From Eledone cirrhosa (taxonomy: Eukaryota), in contig OZ024743.1 of NCBI GenBank assembly GCA_964016885.1, forward strand, positions 167,958,001 to 168,022,000: a stretch of 64,000 nt of DNA, given 5' to 3'. Positions within the stretch are counted from its first letter, which is position 1; the number at the start of each line of letters is the position of its first letter. Below, piece after piece: positions 13,940 through 27,075 of the stretch. The notes beneath the pieces are model-generated. The model was given only the letters and a program-made list of their open reading frames with translations, searched no databases and had not been told where the DNA came from. The translations under genes and the position numbers were made by a program.

Positions 13940-15215
13940 ACTCCGCCCAACTCTACCTGATGGCTACAAACTCACGCTAAGAGTATTGCAATCACTTGTC
14001 AGATTCAGATGTGTGACGCTCGGATATGGCTTTTCAAGCCTGCTAGAGACTTGCACACGTTCGCACTCTGACGACAACTATGGATCTCCCTGGCCTCAGG
14101 TGCATCAAGTTGCCTATGAACCTTCACAATACGGTGGAGATCATAGTTCACTGGTTCTCTCTGAACATGGCTACGACTGTGGCTCCTGAGACCAGATTTG
14201 CTCAAGCAAATCTTATCACACTCAGGTCACACCAATTCAATGGAGACACCGATCGCCTCGAGAGATTCACCAGGGCATGCTTACGCACATCGCGTTTAAT
14301 CTCCTCGTGCTCTATGCGTCTTTCCTCAAAATTAAGGACTCCATTATTCACCATTCAACATCAAGTTTCTCTTTCAAGAGCTTCTATCTCCCAGTCAGCC
14401 ACCATCGAACCAATTTTTTTCCATGAGTCCTTTACACAATCTTTGAACCGGAGCTTTGGCTTGTGAGGTGGTCTCTTACCCTCACAAAGCTCGTCATACA
14501 AACGTTATTTTGGGATTCAATCCTCCTCCATTCTACAGAGGAGTCCGATCTATCGCAAACGGCATTGGTGGATGATACTTTCAATACTCCGACACTCACT
14601 TCTCTCAAGGACCTCAACATCACTGACATGCATCTGCCGCTTGATACCGAGCATCTTTCTGAAACACTGCTGGTGAAATCGTTCCTGTCTTTTGATATGC
14701 CGTTTGTAGGCAATCCATGTATCACACCCACACAGCTATGCTGACAGCATACATGCAGCATACACTTTCAACTTGTTCTTCATTGTGGTTCGATTCCTCG
14801 CATGCACCAAAGACGGTCGCAGAGCCTTCAAATGACTCACTTGCTTTGCTAATACGCAGACCAACTTCTGTATCCAGAGAGCAGGTCACACTCTGAGTAC
14901 TCCCCAAATACAAATACAGAAATCTGTCAACAACCTCCAGCTTTTGACCGTATACATATATGGAGGGTTCATGACGACAATATTCTTCAGACTAATTGTC
15001 TGTCGCAAAGCACTGCACACATTGAAAAAAGCCTCCATAACGTGTTGCATGTCACACTGGGAGTGTGCAGAGAGATCACAATCATATGCATATAGAAATT
15101 CTCTGATCAATGTACTCAGTACCTTAGTATTAGCAGTGAGACGCCCGAGGTTGAACAGCTTGCCGGAAGTGTGATATCTGTGATAGATACTGTGTTGACA
15201 ATCTTTGATGGATTG
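13940..15215 (-). pseudogene. Decayed RTE-clade LINE, RT 3' half + C2H2 tail
   Basis: YHTSGKLFNLGRL, IREFLYAYDCDL, YLGSTQSVTCSLDTEVGLRISKASESF, CKSLAGLKSHIR; homologous to 42700-45368. Confidence 0.85.
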
Positions 15216-15541
15216 TCAAACTCTACCTACATATACACATTCACACCCACACACACAGATCCATGCACACATACACTCACATGCATATAACAAAGTATAT
15301 ATATATATATGTGAATACACAGACTTGTAAATGTTAGTGTGTATGTACTATTATACACATCTATCAATTACTACTACCAAATGTAGATTCCTTGGCATTA
15401 ATACATTCAAATGCATAGATATCTATGCACTGAATATAACCAGGCACGCACGCATAAATATTTAATTAATAGTTTACAATAGATACCAACAGAATAAATA
15501 TTAAAAATTACATTGGTATATATATATATATATATACACAT

Positions 15542-16740
15542 ATGGTGGTGGCTGCCAACTCGTTTTCGAGTACGGCCACTACTTTATATCCATGTAGAAC
15601 CCCTACCAATGCGCTGAACGAATGTGACTTTTTAGTCCAGCCAGCGACTTGAAAACTCTGGTACAAACACTACACTTGTGACAATTATTGACACATAGTG
15701 CTGGGCCCATGGTACCATGTGACGACAAGTGCAGAGAGATCTCCAGATATAAAGCAATGCCTGTGCCGTGAAGCTTTTATAGTGAGCAAAGGCACTGCAC
15801 AAAGCCAGTCCCACTCTCTTAACCAAGATGATATTTACCAAAAAGAAGAACAAGTCAACATCATTGGATACCATCAGGGTTGCAGGTGTTATATCAGAGT
15901 TTTCCTTCTCCTAGAATTCTGCCTTGACAAAGGCTAAGGGGTCATCTCTCCCGGTGATTTTGGATGCCCCTTTGCCTTTTGACAGGTTTTGTTTTTAGTC
16001 CTGCAGGATGTCCAAAGTCACCCTCCTCACCAAGAAACCTTGGTGGGGTTGCCAGTTTAGTCGCCAACGACCCGACCATGAGACAGGTTGTACTGGGATA
16101 CATGTTACCAGTAGCACCAACTGGTGACCTGACACATATACATACATACTTACATACATGGTGGCTGCCAACACGTTTTCGAGTACGGCCACTACTTTAT
16201 ATCCATGTAGGAGAACCCCTACTGATGCGCTGGACGAGTGTGACTTTTTAGTCCAGCCAGCGACTTGAAAACTCTGCTACAAACACTACAGTTGTGACAA
16301 TTATTGACACATACTGCTGGGCCCATGGTACCATGTGATGACAAGTGCAGAGAGATCTCCAGATCTCAGTGCCGTGAAGCTATTATAGTGAGCAAAGGCA
16401 CTGCACAAAGCCAGTCCCACTCTCTTAACCAAGATGATATTTACCAAAAAGAAGAACATTGGATACCACCAGGGTTGCAGGTGTTATATCAGAGTTTTCC
16501 TTCTCCTAGAATTCTACCTTGACAAAGGCTAAGGGGTCATCTCTCCCGGTGATTTTGGATGGCCATTGACTCTTAAGAGCTCCTTTGACAGGTTTTGTTT
16601 TTAGTCCTGCAGGATGTCCAAAGTCACCCTCCTCACCATGAAACCTTGGTGGGGTTGCCAATTTAGTCGCCAACGATCCGACCATGAGACAGGTTGTACT
16701 GGGATACATGTTACCAGTAGCACCAACTGGTGACCTGACA
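15542..16740 (-). repeat. Two tandem ~600 bp units resembling an RTE-LINE 5' UTR
   Basis: Units ~15545-16133 and ~16158-16739 highly similar; minus strand has CTAGGAGAAGGAAAACTCTGA and GAGGAGGG motifs recalled from RTE 5' UTRs; units separated by (CATA)n. Confidence 0.7.
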
Positions 16741-16756
16741 TACATACATACATACA

Positions 16757-19700
16757 ATGGCGACCGTTGTGGTCAGTGTCCGATAATCGGACGTGTGTAA
16801 TTACGGCTTACATGAAGGCAACATACCATATATTGGAAAAAGTTGAGCTACATTACGCGGTAAGATTACATACAATAATTCTACATAAGTATTTGAACTG
16901 TAAGTGTGTTGTATGAACGATACATACACTTATGATATATAAACGATACATACACTTATGATATATGAACGATACATACACTTTAACATATAAATGCAAC
17001 GTTGTTATATTACATTTATAAAGAAATATGCAAGTAACGTTTTCGATTCAGAAACAAAAACTTAAGTGTTTGAACTGTGAATATGTTGTGAATAAGTTGT
17101 GGACACCTATTTATATGAATGATACATAAACTTTAACATATAAATACAACGTGTTATATTATATTACATTCATAAAGAAATATACTAAGTAACGGTTTTT
17201 TTTGTTGTTCTCGATTCAAACGATTCAAGAACAACGTTTAAAACACAGTTGTAGAATTAATAACTAACTGAAAAGAAATATTACCCAAGCTGTGAATAAC
17301 TTTAAATTTGATTCTGACAGAACTTTTTCGAAACTTTTAAAGAAGGTCATCGACTATTTTGAAAATTAAATACAAAATATTAGTGAATAGACGAACTCAT
17401 CATGGCAAAACGTACAAGTCTCCTTCGACCAAATCGCAACTACAACCATTGTATACAGTGGAGCTACGAGCTTAACAAAGAATTATATGAAGCATATAAA
17501 CAATCTGAACCCCAAAAGTTCGGGTTTATGCAAAGGCTAAAAACTTTATGGAACTCCAAACACGCTGAATTAGACTTTTCTCCAAAGCATTTAAATGAAC
17601 AGGTAAAACGTATCATTAGATGTAAATTGATACATCTAACGGAATTGAGTGATACTACAAGTACAGCCCTTGTAGACAATCACCACACCTCCACTGACAG
17701 ACAAAGAGAATGGCCAGCTAAATCTAACAGTGAACAGCTCACAAACAATTTTGCTGAAATCCATCCCACTTCCACTGAAGAACAGCAAGAATGGTCAGCT
17801 AACTCTAGTAGTAATTGTCACCACATCAACAAAGAGGCTGAAATTCATGACTCTACTGTACAAACAGAACACCAAAAACTTGTGGACACCTTACTTGTGG
17901 ACACCTTGGAACGATATGTTTCAAGAGATACACAGCCTTAATGTGAGTGACAGACCATACAACACCAGAATCAGTAAAGAACCCACTAAATTGGAATTGG
18001 AAGCGGTGAACGAAATAGCTGACAATTATCTGAAGGCTATACGATCTAAAGGTGTAGAAACGAGTTTTGAAACGCTTAATATTTTGTTATAAGTTTCAGC
18101 TGTCACATTGCTATCATATAGCAAACATCTAAAACTACGCAATCAAGATACAAACAAAAAGCCTGAACCAGCGTGGATGCGAAATTTAAAAAGCAAAATT
18201 TTGTCCCTGAGACGAAGTATCTCACACATCGCAGTCGTTATGAAATGCAACATAGAGAGCAACTTCACACGACACCAGGAAGACCTAAAAAAAAAAGTTA
18301 GAGAGACGATTTGGAGATAGAAAATTTAAAACTTTAAACTCCAAATTACACCAGTTGAAACAACGACTCACAGCTACAACAGAAAGACTAAAATATAAGT
18401 CAACAGCACATAAACGACAAGTGCTAAATAGATTGTTTGCCAGAGATCCTAAATCAGTTTATCGCAGCTTCGGTGGCAAAAGCTCAATCTCTGTAAATGA
18501 CACCCCTTCAAAAAACAGGTTGAGAACTACTGGAGATCTGTATGGGAAACGGATGACGGATTCAACAGACAAACTAATTGGCTAAAAGAACTGGAACAGG
18601 ACTAGTGCCAACATGTCCAGACAAAACAATATGACATAGATGGGTCAATACTGGAAACAGCTCTACAGAAAATGTCGAATAGGAAATCACCAGGCCCAGA
18701 CCTCATTACAGGATACTGGTTGAAGAATTTCACTTTCTATCGGCAAGATCTCATACGGCTGTTTACAGAAACCATTAAAGGCACACAAGAACTGCCCAGA
18801 TAGTTATCAACTGCCACTACTCTCCTCATTCCCCAAAATAACAAAACCACACTTGCTAAAAATTACCGCCCAATAGCCTGCCAAAACATCATATATAAAT
18901 TATATACTGGGTGCCTTAACCTGTTCTTACAGGATCACTGTGCTACCAACAACATCATAACACCTGAGCAAGCTGGTGGAAAGAGGGATGTGTGGGGTTG
19001 CATAGATCACCTACTAAGTAATAAAATGATTCAAGAAAAAACAACAAAGAATCGCAGAAACATGATTGTGGTGTGGCTGGACTATCAAAAAGCATTTGAT
19101 AGTGTACCTCATGGGTTGATTGTTAAGGCTTTACAGTTAGCCAAAGTCCCACAACCACTGGTAGCTGCTGTTGAACGTCTGACCAAGAACTGGTACACCA
19201 ACTTGATCCTTAGAGGTGAGAAGGAGCAAGTTAAGACAGATAGGATACATTACCAGAAGGGCATCTTTCGTTCTCTCACTAAATCCACTATCTTATCTAC
19301 TCAGGAAACAAGGTGGACAAAGAAGTGGGTCCAGAAGTATCTCCCATCTTTTCTTTGTTGATGACCTGACGTTGTATGGGCCAAATATCAATGACATCAA
19401 GAAACAATTGGACCTCATTACACAATTTTCAACAGACATCAAAATGGAATTTGGTGAGTCCAAGTGTGCATATTTGGCAGTAAAACGTGGAAGAGCTGTG
19501 CCCTCCTCTAGAAACCTAGAGATGAACGGCCTGACAATACAACCTCTACAGTCAGGTGACAACTACAGATATCTTGGACAGGATGAGAATGTCAGATATG
19601 ATGGACCCATAAATAAGGAGAGAACCAGAACTGAATACCTCAGAAGAGTAAAGAAAATATGGTCATCAGAACTGTCAGCGTACAACAAATACATTGCCCA

Positions 19701-20963
19701 CAATACTTATGCTGTGCCAATTCTAACGCCAACATTTGGCCTGCTGAACTGGTCATTGCAAGAACTAAGTGAGATGGATGTTAGAACTCGAAAACTTCTC
19801 AGTGTTACTGGGAACTTTAACATCAATGGTGATGTGGATAGGCTATACTTCTCACGCAAGGAAGGTGGCCGAGGTCTAAAATCCATATTAACATCATATG
19901 AGACCCGGATAGTAACACTGAAGCAACATCTTCAACAGAGGAAAAAGGTTGGCAACCATCCTGCCCAGGTTTATGAGCATGAAAAAAAAATATCATTAGA
20001 ATAGTGACTGATCTGGAGGAGAGATATGGACTAAAGCCTGATATAAATCTCTCAAGCAGAGAAATCGAAAGATCCTATTCAATGTTCAAACAAGATGAAA
20101 CAATTGACCAATTTACAGAAAAAGTTGTGCATGGATACTTGAGACGTAAAACACAGACCATAGAGGGGATAAACCACTCAAAAAGCCTGGCATGGAGTTC
20201 CGACAAGTTTATGACATCACACCTTAAGGGATATCTCTATGCAATACAGGAACAAGAACTCCCTACCAAATATCTGCTGCACAAAAGGGGAGGGCCATCA
20301 GCTGACAATAAATGTAGGCTATGTAAAACAAAGATCGAGGATGTAAGCCACATTGTTGCCAGCTGCGAAAGAATGTCATCTCGCTACTACCTCCCGTGAG
20401 ACACGATGGGATAGCTAGAACCATCTGGAACGCACTTCGGAAAACAAAATTAACAACAAACGAGGGAGAATATATTGAGACAGATGGCACTAAGGAATAC
20501 TGGTGGAACCTGAAAATAAAAACTGCCACCAAATTAAAGCACAACCGGCCTGATATTGTTGTTTGGGACCACACATTGAAAACGTATTCTGTTGTGGAGA
20601 TCAGCTGCCCACTTGTGGTAAACGTTGTCAGAAAAATACAGGAGAAGGAGGACATCTACGGACCATTAATGAGGAGTTTACAAATCCAGTATCCAATATA
20701 CACCTTTAGCTTCATACCCATCATTATTGGAGCTACGGGTTATATACCAACCCGCTTAGACCAAAGTATGACTGAACTTGGATTTGTGGGCAAAGAGCGC
20801 AGATCCCTAATTCATAGTCTGCAAATGGTTGCGATAGCTGGTACCTTCAAAATTTGCAAAACATTCTTGCGATTCAAGGGATGACAATTTCTTTTCTTTT
20901 ACAACCTTGCCACCAGGAAGGTGGCCGGTCAAAAATATACTCGGAATTAAGAGAAAGAGATAA
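16757..20963 (+). mobile_element. Near full-length decayed R4/Dong-type non-LTR retrotransposon (RT + CCHC + restriction-like endonuclease)
   Basis: KSPGPD, NYRPIAC, WLDYQKAFDSVPH, SHLFFVDDL, YRYLG, RLYFSRKEGGRGL, CRLCKTKIEDVSHIVASC, RHD, HNRPDIVV, VEISCP; coding span 17402-20884 broken by stops and frameshifts. Confidence 0.9.
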
Positions 20964-21545
20964 CATACATACACACACATACATACATATATACATGTCT
21001 TTCTTCTTCCTTTCTTTGTTTTATTCATGTCTTTCATGCTATAAGAGACACCAAACTTGATCCCTGACGTCACACAAATCTCTATATGTATTTAGTTTAA
21101 TTGCTATAAATAAATGTTTCGTCTCTCGTCTCTTACTCCACTGGACAGCATTTGGCTTATATCAGACTATGTGACCTCAACTGGACCAGCAGTACTGTTG
21201 GTACGGTTCGAATCTGCCAAAGTCCATCTCAACTGTCGATGGCCATGATTTTCTGTTTTTTTAAATAATTTTTTAAGGTTTCCACTTAAAAAATCTGTTC
21301 TTCATTTTGTTTGTTTCCGTTCGTTTTCTTGTCCTTTCTTTGTTAATCTTTTTAAAGCATATATATATGTATAGTTTTTGAATTTGTTTTGCAAGATTTC
21401 TCATCTGAAAACGTGTGTTGAAATATTGTTTTACTTTGGGAGGGTCATGCTGCCAATGAAAACACACGCACCTGTTCGTTTTCACTTCAATTTATTATAA
21501 GTTTCCGGTTGATTGGTTCGATAACAGAAAGGTTGTTTATATATT

Positions 21546-21588
21546 ATCAAAGCTCTTTCGTCACACATTCTGTAACCTCCTCAGTGAC
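21546..21588 (-). ncRNA. Minimal hammerhead ribozyme motif in a solo PLE terminal repeat
   Basis: Minus strand: GTCA-CTGAGGA-gGTTACAgaatgTGTGAC-GAAA-GAGC-TT-TGAT. Confidence 0.7.
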
Positions 21589-21658
21589 TAGATTTTTATT
21601 TTGTGTCTCTCCTTTGTTCTGTCCTACACTATCTTGTTTTTGTATATAATAAATATAG

Positions 21659-21741
21659 AGACACAAAGCGGGCTTTGTTTAGAAACTATTTAATTTCTAA
21701 ATTCGCTAGCCGTTTCTAAACAAAACCTGCTTTGTGTCTCC
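21659..21741. repeat. Short inverted repeat / hairpin
   Basis: GAGACACAAAGCGGGCTTTGTTTAGAAA vs TTTCTAAACAAAACCTGCTTTGTGTCTC. Confidence 0.7.
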
Positions 21742-21841
21742 CAATTGTTATATGAGTCCTGGATTCAATTGGGAGTATCGACAGTAAGTAAGGCAAGCTA
21801 CTCAATGCATTAGTAGAGCGCGTACAACAAATTTAATATGG

Positions 21842-21936
<95 letters not shown>

Positions 21937-22039
21937 GTTGATGAAAGTCGGTTGATCATATAATCCGCCGACTTTTTCGTAAACAGACGTAAAGCACTTA
22001 ACGATTTATATTCCTTATGAGTATCTCGGAAAGATACCA

Positions 22040-23510
22040 ACCGAAGTTGCAATATAAGGTATAAGAAAGATGGTTTTATACGTATTTTGAAAATGTTAGA
22101 TTGGTTACATAATTACCTTCTGGCATGTTCTCATCCAATAGCGTTAGATGCATTGTTTTATTTTTTGATGTTGCTGGTTTCTCGTAGTGTTTGACCAATA
22201 CACATATGAATAGTATTGATATTCTAGCGGGAGGCAATATTGCTGCTGGCATGCCGGTGACTGAAAGTAGGTTATGGTATCACATTTCCAGAGGGATCAT
22301 TCTCCAATTCATATATTTTGTAGATTTGGCTTGAATGATCTAATTTGTTTTTTTAATTTTCGAACTTAATTCTACGTATTTATATTTCGAACCTTGGCCT
22401 TAATTATTGATAAGGAGATTTCGGTGTAACTATGTATTGATGTATGGTTTAGTAATATCTTTGGTCTATTTGAGATTAATAATTACGGAAGCGTTAACTA
22501 TATATTCTCCGGAAAGTTTTCGGAGCATACAGCATACAGCTGTTAAATATGTCGGAGCGTTTATTAGTAACTTGATGTCTTCTATTTATAATATGTAAAG
22601 TCTCAGTTGTACAGAGATTACAACCAGTCGAGATAGATTCGCTTAAATAAGGAAATGCATATGCTAGTTCAGACCAGGACAGAGAGAACTGTACTTGGTT
22701 TCGTTTCAACCGCTATATTAGTTCGGATAGAGCCGCGCTCGTTGTGTTTTTGTCTATTCGTTTAAAAGTGTGGCGATGGTTGTATCACCTTCCCTTAAAG
22801 CTAGTGGAGGTTGCACCTATGTAGTTATATGTTTTGTTTCTAGTAGTGATTCTGCATTCATAAACCATGCTTCTGTCTAGGCATTTATTCTGTTATAGGG
22901 CAGTTGGCTAGAATTCGGCTGCTAGAGTTTGTATCATTATTGTTACGGTTCGTTGATTTTTCCTCGTGTCTGTGTGTTTGTTGATCTATATGTTGTGTGT
23001 TCGTGGTGTGTTGTCTATTTTGCGTGTTATTATGTGTCCCTATAATGTTTAGGTGATGTTCATTGCTTTGTTCGATAGTGTGTGCGTTTTCGCTATGCTG
23101 AAATTTTAAATTTCTATTATTAATCTTTTCTATGTTCTGTTCTATATTTTTGTGTGTCTATTAGATATTCTTCTATATCTGTGTAATTTAGGATAACACT
23201 TACGTAATGCGTTAAAGAAAAGTCTAGCTATGTTTGTTTGTAGTCTCGACGAGTGGTGTAAGTTATAGCATAGGACATTGTGGTTTAATTTTCTTCGATT
23301 CGCTATATTCTGTGGTGGAGTTCCGTATTGTGTGTCGTAGGATGAGGAGGGTGTGTACGATTCCATATTGCAGTTAGTTGCTGTGGGGTTTCTTTGTTCC
23401 AGGTTCTGTCTGTTTGTATGTCGCCTCTTTTTTGGTCTTATGGTAGTAGTGATACTAGATTTAGTGTATGTTGGGTTTGTTCTGTCTCTGTTATATTGGC
23501 TCCGAATACC
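22040..23510 (-). pseudogene. Heavily decayed PLE linker/GIY-YIG remnant
   Basis: NRRKLNHNVLCYNL..TNIARLFF..LRKCYPK similar to the WFNPP linker; AYIGLT-like relic near 22190-22215. Confidence 0.5.
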
Positions 23511-23514
23511 CCAA

Positions 23515-24197
23515 ATTATTATTATTATTATTATTATTGTTCTTTGAGTCTCAGTCATTGATGTGGAATCATTTAACTGGAAAGTTTGTTCAAATGAATA
23601 TCAAGCCGCTACCTGCAGCCTTAGATATTCAGGACGTATTGGAGGGTTCTTGCTGTTCCCAGCAAGCATGCCTTTTGAAGTGTTCCAAAAAGCGGGGCTG
23701 GACTAATTTTCTTTAACTATCCTTGGAAACTCTTTGAGATAGTACCTAGTGCCCCTATGATAATCGGGACGACCTTGATTTTATGGCAGTTCCAAATCCT
23801 TTTTAACTCCCACTTTAAATCCTGGTATCAGTTAATTTTCTCCCTCTCCTTTTCTTGCACTCTCGTGTCAAATGGGCAGACTACATCTACAATCAGGCAC
23901 GATCTTTTTTCCTTGTCCAAAACCACCAGGTCAGGTCTATTGTGTTCTAATTTCTTGTCTGTCTGTATCCTGAAATCCCATAGCACCTTCACCTGATCGT
24001 TTTCTATCACCGACTCTGGCTTATGCTCATACCACTTCTCAGAATGTGGTAAATTGTTTACTTTGCATAGATGCCATTGGATGACACTGCCTATCACATC
24101 ATGTCTCCAGCATTTATAGTGAGTCTGGGCTAGGTGTTTACACACGGATACAATGTGAGCCACAGTCTCCTCTCTCTCTCCACAGATCCTACACAGT
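23515..24197 (-). pseudogene. R4/Dong-type LINE 3' end (CCHC + REL endonuclease) with (TAA)n tail
   Basis: CRICGEREETVAHIVSVC, RHDVIG, LWDFRIQTDKKLEHNRPDLVV, IVDVVCPFD, VPIIIGALG. Confidence 0.9.
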
Positions 24198-24199
24198 AG

Positions 24200-24378
24200 C
24201 TAGCCCCCTCGGACGCTATGCTTTGCAGCAAAGAGTTACGGCCCTTTATGGTCTGAGTTCAAATCCCGCCGGGGTTAACTTTGCTTTTCATTCTTACGGA
24301 GTCGATAAAATAAAGTACCAGTAATGTACTGATAATTGCTGGCCTTGTGCCAAAAGTAGAAACAATTATTACTATTAT
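24200..24378 (+). mobile_element. Octopus-type SINE
   Basis: Same B-box, core and tail as 1091-1208. Confidence 0.85.
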
Positions 24379-24384
24379 TGCCAG

Positions 24385-25590
24385 TCTCATCCAGAAATGG
24401 GCCGAGAGGAAACCGTCACTGAAAGGTCGGGTGGAGGTAGCGAATGCGTACATCACGCACGTTATTTACTACCGCCTGACCAGGTTCCATTGGTAAGGTG
24501 GTCCATCTGCTTCCAGCACTCTCTACGCGGAGGGCTGGGCATGCCGTGGCTAATCATGCACAGACATGCGTTGAGGCTGCGGCATCTCCAGATATTCTGC
24601 CTAAATGGTTAACAGGTGTGGTCGCCGTTTGTCAGACAGCCCTTTCCGCATCACGTCTCTTTGAATGTCCTGGGTCAATAAGAGACCGAGACTGGGTGCC
24701 TGGCATCTGGAATGTTGCCCTCTACCAGGCGCGCAATGCGGTCAGTGGAACTTCCACTGTCGATTTATATAGAGGTGCGACGACGCACTTGGAGAGGCTC
24801 TGGGCGTCGACAAAGTCCAACTGACCAGTCTGTTCGGGAGGACTTTCGAGCAGGGGATTATGGATAACTTCCAGAAATGCCTCGCTTGGCAGGGCTACGG
24901 AAATAAACTCTATATGCACGGAAGCGCTGTCAGACGGATCTGCCCGAGATGCGCGCAGAGCGACGAAACTGTTCTGCACGCACTCGGCTAGTGTTTGTGC
25001 ATTACTAACTTGTGGAGTTATATCGAACAGCTGTTGTCGCGTGTAGAACGGATCCGGCTATCGGCCGAGTCCATAGTTAAGATCGACCCACCGCCTTCTT
25101 TTGGCCAGGAAGGGCAGGCAATTTTCCTTTCTCTGGTGGCAGTAGTGAAGGGGGTTGTATAGTGGACCAGGTTGAAATGACTGAAGACAGACACTTTTCT
25201 CTTTGGCCAATCCCTCATCAACTTTTTCAAGTTTCACTTGGAAAGGAACATGAGGGTGGAGAGAAGTGCTCTCCCCAGTACATTTGCTGAAAGGTGGGTG
25301 AATGTGGCGAAAATGGCCTACTCTGAGCATGCGCCCGTAGACTGATTGATTTGAGGAGGAGAGGGGTGCCCTTCCCAGATGCCCCGACTTGTCGGGAAGG
25401 TTCAGGATTGGTGGCGTACTTATGTCAACCCTTGGTGGTTATCCTCCCTATTGGGGAACTCTTTGTATTTTTCTTGTTATTTTGTTATTTTTATTTATAT
25501 TGTTTACACGTTGTATGTGTAAAATCCCTACTGTCCTCATCTATTGTATTGTCCTCTATATGTCGGCCCTCGTGGCCAATAAATGAAACA
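24385..25590 (+). pseudogene. L1/Tx1-clade LINE 3' fragment
   Basis: RKPSLKGRVEVANAYI, VPLVRWSICFQHSLRGGLGMP, zinc knuckle CPRCAQSDETVLHA; AATAAA near the end. Confidence 0.8.
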
Positions 25591-25609
25591 ATTATTATTA
25601 TTACTATTA

Positions 25610-26152
25610 GGGAAGCGGATTGGCATATTTATTGAGCGCCGAACACAATGATTTGCGGCATAGAATTACGGCTCTTTACGTTCTGAGTGCAAATCATGCC
25701 AAAATTAGCCTTGCCTTTCATCATTACGGGGTCGATAAAATAAAGCACCATTAAGGCACTGGAGTTGATTTAATAAACTTTCCCCTCCCCTCAAATTGTG
25801 CCTATAGTAGAAATCATTATTATTATTATTATTGGTTCAGTTCAAATCCTGCCGAGGTTAACTTTGCCTTTTATCCTTACGGGGTCGTTAAAATAAAGCA
25901 CCAGCAATGTACTGGGGTCGATTTAATCGACTTTCCCCCTCCCCCCAAATTACTGGCCTTGTGCCTGTACTAGAAAGTGGATTGGCAGTATCGGTAGAGG
26001 TCGGACGCCATGCTTTGACGCATAGGGTTATGGCCCTTGCCATTCTGAGTTCAAATTCCGCCGAGGTTAGCTTTGCCTTTCATCCTTACGGGGTCGTTAA
26101 AATAAAGTACCAGTGGCGCACTGAGGTTGATGCAATCGACTTTCATCTCGCA
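25610..26152 (+). mobile_element. Three tandem octopus-type SINE copies
   Basis: Repeated GAGTTCAAAT..CCGAGGTTAACTTTGCCTTTCATCCTTACGGGGTCG.TAAAATAAAG units. Confidence 0.85.
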
Positions 26153-26878
26153 TTATTGGTTGTTGAAATGTAAAGCCGTGATTTGTGAGCTCATGAGTTT
26201 TGTCATTATTTCTACTGTTAAACAGTGCTTTTATCTCTGAAATTTTATTATTGTTTTGGAGATAAAGGATTCAACTTCCATGAGAGATTGTCCTTTTTAA
26301 CATATTTGCAGCTCTAAATTGGTGCTGTTTCGCTAAACATGCCCCCAAATAATTAAAAAAAAAAAAATATGGCGGGCACCAGAATTTCGTCCGCAAAACA
26401 GAAGAGCGGTTTGTTTATTCAAGAGATCTGCTATGCTTAGATCAACAGCAATAACAGCATAAGCATAGACAACAGTAGCAGCCAAGCACGGGTTTTCGTT
26501 TCAAACGAAACAAAAGGCAAACTTGTTGCCAACACCACAACAACCACCACACTCACTAAAACCAATATCAGTACAAACGCTACCACCAATGCCACCAACA
26601 CAACTGCCAACAGCATCAACACCAGTATCATCATCAGCAGCAACAATAACGACAACAACAACAGCGACGACGAGACAACAGCAATGACAACAGCGGTATT
26701 TGAACTCAGAATGTAAAAGGGCCATGACTCTGTGCTACAAAGCATGGTGTCTGACGCTCTACCGATTCTGCCAATCCACTAAAAAATAATAATATAAAAA
26801 TATACATATACATGTGTATATGTACACATACACACCCAGACAGACACATGCACTCATACACACACACAGACATATATA

Positions 26879-26977
26879 CGGAGTGTCCCCCAAAATGTAT
26901 ACACACTTCAACTGCATTCTAATAAGTATTGCCTGTACAGGTAATGAAAGTGTTTACACATTCTTGGGGACACCCTG
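26879..26977. mobile_element. Tc1/mariner-type MITE
   Basis: TA-CGGAGTGTCCCCCAAAATGTATACACACTTC ... GAAAGTGTTTACACATTCTTGGGGACACCCTG-TA. Confidence 0.75.
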
Positions 26978-27020
26978 TATGTTTGTGTATGTATATGTAC
27001 CCCCCCCCCCACACACACAT

Positions 27021-27072
<52 letters not shown>

Positions 27073-27075
<3 letters not shown>

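Noticed and set aside
21935-21990. TTGATGA-AAGTCGG...CCGACTTT-TTCGTAA as a hammerhead
   Set aside because: Hairpin present, but no GAAA and no stem I pairing
26437-26700. Hydrophobic 102-aa ORF / Thr-Asn-rich opposite frame
   Set aside because: Cryptic (CAA/CAG/CCA)n low-complexity tract
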